Assembly: GCA_963748405.1 (NCBI GenBank)
Contig: CAVVIT010000008.1
Span: 34,018-98,017, forward strand
DNA: 64,000 nt
Direction: 5' to 3'
From: Ignavibacteriota bacterium
GTDB lineage: Bacteria; Bacteroidota; Ignavibacteria; UBA10030; UBA6906
The position numbers and the translations under genes were made by a program. Of this stretch, positions 44,856-55,013 are shown one piece after another; the first letter of the stretch is position 1, and each line of letters starts with the position of its first letter. The notes beneath the pieces were generated by a model. The model was not told where the DNA came from. It saw only the letters and a program-made list of their open reading frames with translations, and did no database searches.

Positions 44856-45842
44856 GTGACGCGCACAATGCTCCTGCTTGGTATTCTGCTCACGCTCTCC
44901 GGGAATGTCCTGGGGCAGAGTTCCATTATAAAGAGAGACTCCCTGGGCCTCCCCGGCTACGATCATATCGTCATCGTCATCGAGGAGAACAAGTACTACA
45001 CTCAGGTGATCGGGAGCCCATCCGCGCCGTATATCAATCAGGTGCTGCATGAGGAAGGGGCGAATCTCACGCGCATATTTGGCGAGGAACACGAGAGCGA
45101 AGGAAACTACTTCTGGCTGTTCTCCGGGAGTAACCAGGGGGTCGGGTTCACCGATGTCATCCCGAGCAGGAAGACGCATAAGGTCTACCCGTTCCGGACG
45201 AGCAACCTCGGTCAGCAGCTGCGTGACAGGGGGTTCACGTTCAGGGGCTATGCGGAAGATCTCCCGCAGACAGGCAGTACGATCACGAAGGCCGGGCACT
45301 ACGCGCGCAAGCACGTCCCCTGGATAAGCTTCGGGAGTATCCCGCAGGGGACGAACCCGGACTCGTCGACAAATCTCCCCTTTGCACGGTTTCCCTCGGA
45401 TTTCACAAAACTCCCCACGGTCTCGATTGTCGTCCCCAATCTGATCAACGATATGCACGATCCCGGGAACCATCCGGAAATCGGAGTCAAGAACGGGGAT
45501 GCCTGGCTGAAGCAGGACATCGGCCCGTATTACCAGTGGGCAAAGACGCACAACAGTCTCCTGATTCTGACGTGGGACGAGAGCGACGACCCGACCGGTT
45601 ACATCGGGCTGACAGACCCTGCCAGCAGATACGTCGACATACAGAACAGGATACCCACGATATTGGCCGGTGCGCACATCAAGCACGGGGATTACGAAGA
45701 AGGGACCGGGGTCACCCACGTCAATATACTCCGTACGATCGAGGCGATATACGGTCTCCGTATGTCGGGCACTCAGCCGCCGAACGCCATCAAGTTCGGC
45801 ATCACCTCGGACTACGTCATCAAGGACGTGTTCGTTCCATAG
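44856..45842 (+). CDS. secreted phosphoesterase-family (AcpA/phospholipase C-like) acid phosphatase
   Basis: GTG start is preceded by GAGGAG. Signal peptide LLLGILLTLSGNVLG. DHIVIVIEENKYYTQVIG and NDMHDPGN are typical of Pfam Phosphoesterase. Confidence 0.75.
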   Translation: MTRTMLLLGILLTLSGNVLGQSSIIKRDSLGLPGYDHIVIVIEENKYYTQVIGSPSAPYINQVLHEEGANLTRIFGEEHESEGNYFWLFSGSNQGVGFTDVIPSRKTHKVYPFRTSNLGQQLRDRGFTFRGYAEDLPQTGSTITKAGHYARKHVPWISFGSIPQGTNPDSSTNLPFARFPSDFTKLPTVSIVVPNLINDMHDPGNHPEIGVKNGDAWLKQDIGPYYQWAKTHNSLLILTWDESDDPTGYIGLTDPASRYVDIQNRIPTILAGAHIKHGDYEEGTGVTHVNILRTIEAIYGLRMSGTQPPNAIKFGITSDYVIKDVFVP

Positions 45843-45920
45843 TGGGCTTCGGACTCGGATTCGCAACTCGCAACGCTAAAGCACGCAGGTTTGATTCTTG
45901 ACCGGGCTGGCTGAACTCCT

Positions 45921-46670
45921 GTGATACCTCTCCTGGATGATTGGCGCCGCAAACGACGGCTTCGACTCTTTGCCGACCGGGCTTCTATGGGAATTAAGGA
46001 CAATGTCGCGCGCGCTGAGTTGCGCTCGCGGCTGCTCCGGAAAGCCGGGCAGTTGGAAAAGGAAGGTGTGACTCCTTCCGTAGACCCCCGGTTCAGGCTT
46101 CGCCTCGCGGAAGCGGACATCGAAGAAGGACGGCTCGAATTTGTGATCCGTCGGTTCAGCGGGCTCGCGTATCTCGACGATCTCAAGTTTGATCCGGGGA
46201 TCGAACGTCAACTCATGGCTTCATACCTGCGCGTGGATGCGGCGTTTAATCACAGGAGGCGTCTGAAGCGCGCGCCGGTATGGATACGGCTCATTGACAC
46301 GAAAATCGGGTTCGGGGTTTTTGCGGAAAGGGATATCGCTCCGGGTGAGACACTGGGCGAGTATGCCGGGATTGTCAGCAGGAGTGACGAAGTCAGCGAT
46401 CGGATGTACTGCTACGAATACCCGGTCCTGGAAGTCGGAGGCGAGGAAATCCTTCTCACGCTGGACGCACGGAGGGCAGGGAACGAAATCCGGTTCATCA
46501 ATCACGCGCGGCTGGACACGGTCACGCACAATTTCGAGTTCTTCGACGGCCACTGGCACACGGTGCTCACCGTGAAGAACCCGATCGCGCGGGGAGAGCA
46601 GGTTCTGATGGACTACGGGGACCTGTACTGGGATGGGACGAACAGGTCCCCCGAACCACTCTCCCCGTGA
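45921..46670 (+). CDS. SET-domain protein (putative lysine methyltransferase)
   Basis: GFGVFAERDIAPGETLGEYAGIV, RFINHA (NH motif), QVLMDYGDLYW (post-SET Tyr region). Confidence 0.8.
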   Translation: MIPLLDDWRRKRRLRLFADRASMGIKDNVARAELRSRLLRKAGQLEKEGVTPSVDPRFRLRLAEADIEEGRLEFVIRRFSGLAYLDDLKFDPGIERQLMASYLRVDAAFNHRRRLKRAPVWIRLIDTKIGFGVFAERDIAPGETLGEYAGIVSRSDEVSDRMYCYEYPVLEVGGEEILLTLDARRAGNEIRFINHARLDTVTHNFEFFDGHWHTVLTVKNPIARGEQVLMDYGDLYWDGTNRSPEPLSP

Positions 46671-46674
46671 CGAA

Positions 46675-47061
46675 CTATTTGTGAACCTTGTGCGTCTGCG
46701 TCTTAAACTCCGTCCTTGAGGGGGAGCTGGTCTTGTCAGTTTGCCTGACCTTGGAGGATTGTAACTTGGCGACCTTCCCCACTCCCGGGATCGATTCGGT
46801 CTTGAGCCCTGACTGCGACTTGAACCCCGATTGCGTTTTTAGACCCGACGGCGTCTTGAAGTTTGATTGAGTTTTAGGGAACACCCCCGTCTTCGACGAC
46901 TGAGTTTTGAGAAGCGGGACTTTGTGCCTGGTGTTTGACGTCCCGTCTGTAACCTGACCCGTCCCCTTCTCCTGCGGTCCGGCGGTCAAATCACCTTTGA
47001 CAAAGAATGCGAGCGCCCACAGGCTCATCCATGTCCAGAATCTCCTTCCGACGATCTTCAT
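46675..47061 (-). CDS. small secreted lysine-rich protein with tandem KTQSGF-type hexapeptide repeats
   Basis: Signal-like N-terminus WTWMSLWALAFFV. Repeats LKTQSS/KTQSNF/KTPSGL/KTQSGF/KSQSGL/KTESIP. Confidence 0.5.
   Translation of the reverse strand: MKIVGRRFWTWMSLWALAFFVKGDLTAGPQEKGTGQVTDGTSNTRHKVPLLKTQSSKTGVFPKTQSNFKTPSGLKTQSGFKSQSGLKTESIPGVGKVAKLQSSKVRQTDKTSSPSRTEFKTQTHKVHK
46793..46912 (-). repeat. imperfect 18-bp tandem repeat encoding the hexapeptide repeats
   Basis: Successive units on the + strand: ggtcttgagccctgactg / cgacttgaaccccgattg / cgtttttagacccgacgg / cgtcttgaagtttgattg / agttttag... Confidence 0.5.
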
Positions 47062-47408
47062 CCTGCCTCCTGAAATGTTGAGTGGATATGTGGCAGTGTT
47101 AATGGCACGGCGTTTCCTGCCAGGTCACTTCGGAAATTAACAAGCTCCGACGAGACTAGCAACTATGTCTTGGGGTAAAATCTAACAATCTGCCCATCAT
47201 CCGGCCAGCCTCCCTTTTTGCGCTCAATCCGGATATCCAAATTGATTTTGTCTGCCCGGGAGTTTACCTTTCCCGCGTGAACGCGCTTCACGGCGGTTGT
47301 GTCAACCAATGAACCGCGAAGCGCCGTTCCCCATCTGCCTGCAACGCCATTGCATCTGCAAGGCGGTGCCGGCATCGCCCCGCACGCGACAGATCTCCCC
47401 GGTCGACC

Positions 47409-50400
47409 ATGAGGTCTGTACCCCTGACGTTCCCGGATCGTATTACTTTCCTTATCGTCATTGCACTGGCCTGCCCCGCAGTGCTGGTTTCCCAGCCGTC
47501 TGCGCAGATCCGGTTTCGGTCATACTCCGTCGAGCAGGGACTCTCCCAGTCCCAGGTAAGCTGCATACTCCAGGACCGGGAAGGATTCATCTGGCTCGGC
47601 ACACAGGACGGGCTGAACAGGTTTGACGGTTATGCGTTCAAAGTGTACAGGCAGGATCCCCGCGATTCGCTCTCGATCTCGGATGATTATATCAACTGCC
47701 TGTTTGAAGATTCGAAGGGGAGTCTCTGGATCGGGACGTACAACGGAGGACTGAACCGGTACGATCGGGAAGGGGACGGGTTCGTCCACCTGGTCCACGA
47801 TTCTTCCTCGCCGTCGAGCCTGAGCGGGAACAGCGTCTGGAGCGTGTCGGAAGACAGTTCCGGCCTTCTCTGGGTCGGCGTATGGGGAGGCGGGCTCAAC
47901 AAACTCGACCGGGAAACCGGAAAATGCACTCACATCCGTCACGCCCCCGGTGATTCGCTCTCCCTCCTTGACGACAGGGTTCTCTGTCAGCTCTGGGACA
48001 GAACAGGATCACTCTGGGTCGGGACGTACCGGGGTCTCGATCTCTACAATCCTTCTCGCGGTCACTTTCACCACTTCCAGCACATCCCCGGAGATCCCGC
48101 GAGCATGAGCGAGGGGATGGTGACGTCGATATTCGAGGATCAAGACGGCGATATCTGGATAGGAACGCTGGACAACGGCCTGAACAGGTACGACCGAACT
48201 CGTTCAATCTTCGTTCCATACGGGAAATCTCCGGGGAGAGGAGGAGGGCTCTCGAGCGACCGGCTTGCGTCGATCGTCCAGGATTCCTCGGGAACGCTCT
48301 GGATAGCGACGCGCGACGCCGGCGTGACACTCCTCGATAAACGCACGGGCCTGACCACCTCCCTCCGGCACGATGAGGGGGATCCCGGAAGTCTCTCCGT
48401 TGATGCCGTCAGTTCAATATACCGGGATCACTACGGGGGGATCTGGATAGGAACCGACGGGGGAGGATTCAATCACTATGCTCCCCACAGGTTCAAGTTT
48501 CAGCTCCTGCGGCACGAACCGGGAAACACCGTGAGCCTCGCCCACCCGGTGGTCAGGGCGATCTGCGAGGATCGCTCGGGCGACGTGTGGGTGGGAATGA
48601 TGGGGGGGAACCTTGACCGACTGGATCTCAATACCGGAATCACCACCCATTACCGGGAGAAACTCACGAGCCGGGGGCTTCAGAGCTCGTACATCATCCT
48701 GTCGATCCTCGAAGACAGCGACGGGTATCTCTGGGTGGGGACGGACGGCAGCGGGCTCTACGTTTTCGACCGGCGGAGAAACATCGTCGGGCACCTCAGG
48801 CGGGATCCGAATAACCCCCGGTCGATTCCGGATGATTACGTGATTGCATTGCACGAGGCAAGGGACGGTTCGCTCTGGATTGGCGGCACTTCCGGGTCCG
48901 GACTGGGAAGACTGAACCGAAGGAGCCTGACCTGTGAACGGTTCGTCCGGAGGGGTGCAGGACAGAATCAGCTCAGCGGCAATTATGTCTGGGCGATACA
49001 GGAGGACAGAAACGGACTTCTCTGGCTGGGAACCTGGGGGGCAGGCATATCGGTGCTGGATCCCAAGACAATGACTTTCCGGACATACGTTCACAATCCT
49101 GCCGATCCGGCGAGCCTCGGTCACAACACGGTCCTCGCATTCCACGAAGACAGATCCGGGAGGATGTGCGTGGGGACGCTCGGGGGCGGCCTCGACATTT
49201 TTGGCGCAACAAAGGGGACATTCGCCCACGTCACGGAGGAAGACGGACTTCCGAACAATACCGTCTCCGGGATTCTGGAAGACGGGTCAGGCCGGCTCTG
49301 GCTCAGCACAAACAAGGGGGTTTCGTGCTTCGATCCTGCGAACAGGACGTTCCGCAACTACGGCATCAGCGACGGGCTTCAGAGCTGGGAATTCAACCAG
49401 GGAGCATACTTCTACGGCCGCAGCGGGAAAATGTACTTCGGCGGCGTCAATGGCATGAATGCCTTCGTGCCGGTGGAGTTTACCGTCGATACGACGGCCG
49501 TTCCGCTCCGGATCACCAGGTTCAGCATATTCGACCGCGCGGCCGGCTATGCACGCGGCCCGGAAGGGGAGGGGGATGTTGTTCTCTCGCATTCCCAGAA
49601 TTTCTTCTCGTTCGAGTTCTCACTCCTCGATTTCACCGCGCCGGAGAAGAACCGGTACCGGTACATGCTTGAAGGGTTTGACCGGGACTGGGTCCCGGCC
49701 GGTTCTCGCCGGTATGCCTCCTATACGAACCTCGGGGGCGGAGAGTATGTGTTCCGGGTGCAGGGGAGCAACTGCGACGGAGTGTGGAATACGCAGGGAG
49801 CTTCGTTCGTCGTCCGCGTGCTCCCGCCTTACTGGGAAACTCCTCTCTTCAAGGGGGGATTCGTGTGCGGTATCATCGCGCTCGGGATAGCATTCTATCG
49901 CACCCGGGTTCACCGCCTGAAGCGTGAGCACGCCGTGCAGACCGAATTCTCGAAGAAGCTCAACGAATCGCAGGAGGCGGAAAGGAAGCGGATCGCCGGA
50001 GAGCTGCACGACAGCCTCGGTCAGGACCTGCTTATGATCCGGAACAGCCTCGCTCACTGCGAAACGGCGCTCGGGAGCCGATCACTGGACGCGGACGAAC
50101 TGCACGGGATCGCGGGGACCGTTCAGCAGGCCATCGAAGAAGTTCGCGAGATCTCCTCCGACCTTCACCCTCATATGCTGGACAGGCTCGGCCTGAAGAA
50201 GACGATCGAGTCGACGATCCGGAAGTGGTCTGCGTCTTCCGGTCTGGAGATCCGGGGAACGATCGACGACATTGACGGTCTCTTCTCCCCGCTGGAGAAT
50301 ATCAGCGTATTCCGTATCGTCCAGGAGGGGATCAATAACGTGATCAAGCACTCTCACGCCTCCGAATGCCGCGTGGAGTTGAAGAACACCGCCGGCCACT

Positions 50401-50600
50401 GCGAAATCACGATACAGGATGACGGGTGCGGGTTTGACCCGGCGACCCCCCATCCCTCGTCTGCCGACGGAACCGGATTTGGACTGGGGAATATGGCCGA
50501 GCGGGCGAGATTTCTCCGGGGTCAGATGCAGATCACAAGCTCTCCGGGCCACGGGACGGTCATCTCCTTCCGCATACCCATATCATCCCCTGCAAAATGA
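47409..50600 (+). CDS. sensor histidine kinase with two-component-regulator propeller repeats, Y_Y_Y-like domain, TM, HisKA_3 and HATPase
   Basis: Repeated ...LWIGT..GLNRYD blocks. TM segment FVCGIIALGIAFY. H-box IAGELHDSLGQDL. G-box GTGFGLGNM. Confidence 0.9.
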   Translation: MRSVPLTFPDRITFLIVIALACPAVLVSQPSAQIRFRSYSVEQGLSQSQVSCILQDREGFIWLGTQDGLNRFDGYAFKVYRQDPRDSLSISDDYINCLFEDSKGSLWIGTYNGGLNRYDREGDGFVHLVHDSSSPSSLSGNSVWSVSEDSSGLLWVGVWGGGLNKLDRETGKCTHIRHAPGDSLSLLDDRVLCQLWDRTGSLWVGTYRGLDLYNPSRGHFHHFQHIPGDPASMSEGMVTSIFEDQDGDIWIGTLDNGLNRYDRTRSIFVPYGKSPGRGGGLSSDRLASIVQDSSGTLWIATRDAGVTLLDKRTGLTTSLRHDEGDPGSLSVDAVSSIYRDHYGGIWIGTDGGGFNHYAPHRFKFQLLRHEPGNTVSLAHPVVRAICEDRSGDVWVGMMGGNLDRLDLNTGITTHYREKLTSRGLQSSYIILSILEDSDGYLWVGTDGSGLYVFDRRRNIVGHLRRDPNNPRSIPDDYVIALHEARDGSLWIGGTSGSGLGRLNRRSLTCERFVRRGAGQNQLSGNYVWAIQEDRNGLLWLGTWGAGISVLDPKTMTFRTYVHNPADPASLGHNTVLAFHEDRSGRMCVGTLGGGLDIFGATKGTFAHVTEEDGLPNNTVSGILEDGSGRLWLSTNKGVSCFDPANRTFRNYGISDGLQSWEFNQGAYFYGRSGKMYFGGVNGMNAFVPVEFTVDTTAVPLRITRFSIFDRAAGYARGPEGEGDVVLSHSQNFFSFEFSLLDFTAPEKNRYRYMLEGFDRDWVPAGSRRYASYTNLGGGEYVFRVQGSNCDGVWNTQGASFVVRVLPPYWETPLFKGGFVCGIIALGIAFYRTRVHRLKREHAVQTEFSKKLNESQEAERKRIAGELHDSLGQDLLMIRNSLAHCETALGSRSLDADELHGIAGTVQQAIEEVREISSDLHPHMLDRLGLKKTIESTIRKWSASSGLEIRGTIDDIDGLFSPLENISVFRIVQEGINNVIKHSHASECRVELKNTAGHCEITIQDDGCGFDPATPHPSSADGTGFGLGNMAERARFLRGQMQITSSPGHGTVISFRIPISSPAK

Positions 50601-51256
50601 TGAACGCCGATCACAAAAGAGTACTTGTTGCGGACGACCACCCGATATTCCGGCAGGGGCTTGTGAGAGCCATACAGGAAACTCCCGACTTTGAAGTGGT
50701 GGGTGAGGCTGCAGACGGGAGACGTACGCTCGAGCTCCTGGAGCAATTGCGTCCTGACCTGGCCGTTCTGGATATCGCGATGCCTGTCATGGACGGCCTC
50801 CAGGTGATCCGCGCGGCCTCAGCGCAGTCACTGGAGTGCGATTTCATCATCATGACGATGTACAAGGAGGAGGAGTACTTCAGGGAGGCACTTGACCTCG
50901 GCGTGAGAGGATATCTGCTGAAGGAGAGCGCTGCAGGCGACCTGGTGCAGTGCCTCCACGCCGTGGCGGCCGGCAAACATTACGTCTGCCCCGCGATGTC
51001 GGAGTACCTGGTCCTCTCGTCGAAGGGAGACAGCCGGGGGGGCCGGGAGGCAAACCCTCTCGAGAACCTGAGCCGGACAGAGCGCAGGGTTCTGCGGCTG
51101 ATTGCAGAGAACAAGACGAGCAGGGAAATCGCGGACGAACTGCACGTCAGCTTCCGGACCGTCCAGAATCACCGGGCGCATATGTGCGAAAAGCTGAGGC
51201 TGGAAGGATTCAACCGGCTGCTGCAATTCGCTCTCGAACACAGGTCCCTTTTGTAA
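50597..51256 (+). CDS. NarL/LuxR-family response regulator
   Basis: Its ATG overlaps the kinase stop. VLVADDHPIFRQGL, phospho-acceptor LAVLDIAMPVMDG. C-terminal HTH LSRTERRVLRLIAENKTSREIADELHVSFRTVQNHR. Confidence 0.9.
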   Translation: MMNADHKRVLVADDHPIFRQGLVRAIQETPDFEVVGEAADGRRTLELLEQLRPDLAVLDIAMPVMDGLQVIRAASAQSLECDFIIMTMYKEEEYFREALDLGVRGYLLKESAAGDLVQCLHAVAAGKHYVCPAMSEYLVLSSKGDSRGGREANPLENLSRTERRVLRLIAENKTSREIADELHVSFRTVQNHRAHMCEKLRLEGFNRLLQFALEHRSLL

Positions 51257-51284
51257 CTCTCCTCCCGACCGGGACATCATCGTG

Positions 51285-52230
51285 TCACTTGCGCGCGGAA
51301 AGTACTTCCCGTACCGTCGTCCAGCGTATACCGGGATAGCGGTCGTTGTCGAGCGGGTCGAGCTTCGCGCGGCCGTCGAACATGTTGCGCATGTACTGCA
51401 TCCCTTGCCACGCCGGGTAGATGGTTGTTTCCGCGGGTGCGAGGGTTCGCGCGAGACGTATGAGCGCTCCGAGCAAGTCCCAGGCTTCCGGCGCGGAACA
51501 TCTTGAACCTCTCCCCGGTTACCTCACTCACAAGCACGGTGAGCTCGCGGGCACTGAGTTGATCGCCGGCAATGCGCAGGAACCGGGGCGTGGATGGGTC
51601 AAGAGCCGCCCTTGCCGTGAATGCGGCGGTGTCATCCATCGTCGTGAAGTCCATGCGCTGGTCCGGATTACCCCAGTAGAGGACCCTCTTCAGGGGGAAG
51701 AGGATGAGAGGCATCGGACCGGTGAGCAACTCCGCAAACGCACCGTTAAAGATCGTCGTCGCCGCAATCCGTGTCGCTTCGAGGCGTTTGTGAAATTCCC
51801 TGCGCAGGTCGAGGTTACGATTCTGCCCGGCCGGAAACCTGGTGAAATCGATCGAATAATCGGACGGGATGAAACGCGGCACGCCGGCCTTGATCGCCGC
51901 CTCCAGCAGGACCGTCTGCGCCTCCCCGATCACACCCTGCATTCCCTGCAACGCGGAGACCACGCATGAGATGCCCGTGCATGCCGGCGCCACTTCGGAC
52001 GCGCTGAGCAGGTCGACAGCAGAAACCTCAATGCCGGATTCCTGCAGACGCTTGAGCCTGTCTTGAGAAGTACCGTGGCGCACGAGTGCCCGTACGTCCG
52101 CTCCCTGTTCGCGCAAAGCTTTCGCGATGCGCCCGCCCAGATTGCCCGTTGCTCCCGCCAGGAGTATTGTCGTGTCGTTCATGATCGCTCCGCTTCCCGG
52201 TGAACTGCCCCCTGCCCGTTTCTCCCGCAT
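51285..52230 (-). pseudogene. NmrA-like NAD(P)-binding protein, one apparent frameshift near 51474-51482
   Basis: ILLAGATGNLGGRIAKAL Rossmann motif. After ...FRAGSLG the annotated frame becomes R/P-rich nonsense. Meanwhile ORF 51285..51476 continues with a plausible family C-terminus (LGALIRLARTLAPAETTIYPAWQGMQYMRNMFDG...). Confidence 0.7.
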
Positions 52231-52289
52231 TGTGGAAAAGGCCCGGTGATGAGTGCCGGGCCCTTTCCGCTACAGACCAACCGGATCGG

Positions 52290-54057
52290 TCACCTCAGAA
52301 GCAGAAGCTTGCGCGTCTGCACGAGGTTCCCCGCCTGCAGCCGGTAGAAGTACATCCCGCTTGCCAGATTGGAGCCGTCGAACTTCACTTCGTACACCCC
52401 GGCATTCCGCTTTTCGTTCACGAGAACAGATACCTCGCGTCCGAGAACGTCAAACACGGTCAGCCGGACATCCGAGGAGCCCGGCAATTGGAACCTGATT
52501 GTCGTGGCCGGGTTGAACGGGTTCGGGAAGTTCTGGAACAGCGTGCATTCGACCGGGAGATTTCCCGGGCTCGGCCCGATCGCCACGAGAGTGGATTTAT
52601 ATGTCGCAAAATATGCGTTATACGGTGAGGTCCAGGAAACGTACACCATGCCCCACGTGTTTCCTCCCAGTGCGGTGATTGCCGCAGGTAGGGGGTAGGG
52701 CTGGTAGGTTGTATATGCGACAGGCGTGGTCCACACGCCCGGACCCTTGTACTGCCGCGTGATGATCCGGCCCTGGCGCGTGGGGGTATAGTAGCGGTAG
52801 ATCATCGCCATCCCCTGCCCCTTCTCCATGCAGATCGCCGGATATTCGTGGATCACCGTCGCAGTATCGACGCTCCCGAGACTCCACGCCTGTCCCTTGT
52901 TGTACGAGATCTCGTACTGGCAGTACAGATTGCTGCCGAGAAGGTCGTGCGCGCAGACGACGGTGTCCTTGTAGTAACCGAGTGAAGTGGAGGAGTATCC
53001 CCCAGCCAGCCTCTTGTGCCCCCAGTTCCCCCCTGACACCGAGTCGATATAGGCGTTGCCGGCGGTGTCGACATATGAAATGAAATAAAGGGAACCACTG
53101 GTGTATGAAGCCCAGACGGCGGACAAACCCTGCGCTACATGCGCGGTCCACCCGAACGGGGTGAAGTACGCTGAATCTGCGTTAGCCCAGTACATGTGTG
53201 CCGTATGGTCGGAGAGAATTGTCGCGTAGTAGAGCCTGTTGTTGTAGTAGAGGTTGTTGCTGAAGAGCTTGATCTCTTTGACGGTCGGCGACGCGCCAGG
53301 GCCGGCAAGCGAGAGATAGGCGGCCGCGCCCGGGAATGCAACCGGAATTCCTGAATTATCATACTGGCGCCACCGGAGCTCGCTCCCGTCGCCCACGATA
53401 TAGATGAGCCTCACCATGTTCTTCACATAGGCGATGCTGACGGTTCTTCCGGTCACGGTCACAGGCGTGAACGAGTTTGTGGAGACAGTTGCCCACGTAC
53501 TTCCGCCATTCGTCGAACTCACGAGTTCGTAGCCGTCGTAGGGAGAACTGTGGAATGCCAGGACGGCAAACAGGTGCTGGTTTGAAGAATCACAAACAAT
53601 GTCGACCGAGCTGATCGTGTCCTGCACACCGATCTGGATGTTCCCCGCGGACAGCTTTGCAGGCGACCTCTCGACGGGTGTCCGCCAGGTTATCGAGGTC
53701 TCGGTTGGGCGGGTGTCTATACCTGTCGAAAGAGCAGCGAGTGCATCAAGCGCCTGATCGTACTGGCCGTTGTTCCATGTCGTTTCGATCTTCCTGGCCG
53801 CGGAAGCCGACGTTCGCAGAGGCGCCGGGTGGCATGGAAAGCTGCAGCAGGGCGTTCGCTCGCTGCGCGGTGCTCATCCGTGTGAGGATCTGCCAGGAAG
53901 GAAGCGCCGCGTCCGATGGAAGCGTCGCGGGCAGCGTCCGGTCGAGTATGACGGGACTGATCCCTGGAGCCGGCACGGTGGTGAGTGGATTGTCCTGGGC
54001 TTGCGCTGATAAGGCGAGGAATATTCCGCAGAGAAGAACCAGAATCAATCGTGACAT
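52290..54057 (-). pseudogene. T9SS-sorted secreted protein, apparent single frameshift between signal-peptide part and body
   Basis: ORF 53746..54057 encodes the signal peptide MSRLILVLLCGIFLALSAQA. The body frame (52290..53627) stays open upstream to 53873 and reads ...IETTWNNGQYDQALDALAALS... The two frames overlap over 53746-53873. CTD NFPNPFNPATTIRFQL...MYFYRLQAGNLVQTRKLLLLR. Confidence 0.55.
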
Positions 54058-54440
54058 GAAAGGGCCTCATGTGATGGTGATTGTGGCGGGCCACCGGCTT
54101 CGACTCGGAGCCGGATGGGTCCCGGACTTCTCAGATGAACCTGAGGTTGAGTTGTGGCGGCGTGAGAGAGGTGGGAGTGCAAACAGCGGACAATCGAGGA
54201 CCGCGCTCTCAGGTCAATCACGGTGGCCACATCAGCTCCAGCGCTTGTCGACCTATCTGCACTGCGGGCAAATGTACTCTGTCGCTTTGCCAGTAGCAAT
54301 GGTCTTCCCGGAATGGGCTGGTGAGACTGTGAACGGAATGAGAAAAATCTATCATTCGCTGCGCATCGGCAGAAGTCTGCATTTCTTCTCGCCGTGTCGC
54401 AGATTGATAATCACGATACTTTCCATGCGTCTGAGCACTG

Positions 54441-54473
54441 GTGCTCATTCAAAATGACGAGTCTCCTCCATTG
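54441..54473 (+). repeat. direct repeat copy 1 flanking the LuxR-solo ORF
   Basis: GTGCTCATTCAAAATGACGAGTCTCCTCCATTG. The core 24 nt (54450-54473) match copy 2 at 22/24, and the full 33 nt match at about 27/33. Confidence 0.6.
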
Positions 54474-54530
54474 TTTTCGCTCCTCTCCCGCTCCTTATTG
54501 CGCGGCAGAACCAACAGGGTAGGCCGGACC

Positions 54531-54875
54531 ATGGGCTTCCCGCAATCTCAAGATACTGTTGTCAAACTCACATGTGAGGTGACGGAGACTCTTCTCGGGC
54601 AATTGACGCCGGTCGAGTTCCGGATACTGGATTTTGTGTCTCAGAACAGGACCAGCAAGTCGATTGCACAGGAAATGCACGCAAGCCACCGGACCATCCA
54701 GAATCACCGGCTCCGTATGTGCCGTAAACTCGGCCTGGCGGGGTACAACGGCCTCTTCCGGTTCGCTCTCGAACACAGGTCCGCCATCCAGCTTTTCCCC
54801 CGGCGCCCGGAAAACGCGGGCGTCCCGGCAACTGAGTACAAGTACTCCCCCAAAATGACGAGGTTCCTCCATTGA
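54531..54875 (+). CDS. LuxR-type HTH protein without receiver domain (paralog of the 50597 regulator C-terminus)
   Basis: LTPVEFRILDFVSQNRTSKSIAQEMHASHRTIQNHRLRMCRKLGLAGYNGLFRFALEHRS parallels LSRTERRVLRLIAENKTSREIADELHVSFRTVQNHRAHMCEKLRLEGFNRLLQFALEHRS. ATG at 54531, with an alternative GTG at 54441. Confidence 0.7.
   Translation: MGFPQSQDTVVKLTCEVTETLLGQLTPVEFRILDFVSQNRTSKSIAQEMHASHRTIQNHRLRMCRKLGLAGYNGLFRFALEHRSAIQLFPRRPENAGVPATEYKYSPKMTRFLH
54842..54874 (+). repeat. direct repeat copy 2 at the 3' end of the LuxR-solo ORF
   Basis: GTACTCCCCCAAAATGACGAGGTTCCTCCATTG, 401 nt downstream of copy 1. Confidence 0.6.
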
Positions 54876-55013
54876 TTGAGGGGGGCCTTTTCCCTAACCC
54901 TTCGGCAGCACAACATCCATCCCTCATTGCAGCTCGAATGCTGACTCACCGATCGCACTGGAGCGTGATCGGACGAAGTCGACCCGCCACAATTACCAGA
55001 AAGGAGCTCTCCT

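Noticed and set aside
47163-47375. 70-aa minus-strand ORF in the gap upstream of the histidine kinase (…GKVNSRADKINLDIRIERKKGGWPDDGQIVRFYPKT).
   Set aside because: No recognisable family, no SD sequence seen, and an Arg/Gly-rich N-terminal half. It is probably non-coding promoter DNA for the divergent genes.
54218-54448. 76-aa minus-strand ORF in the lower-GC gap between the disrupted T9SS gene and the LuxR solo.
   Set aside because: No motif, no clear ribosome-binding site, and it overlaps direct-repeat copy 1. There is insufficient evidence for a gene.
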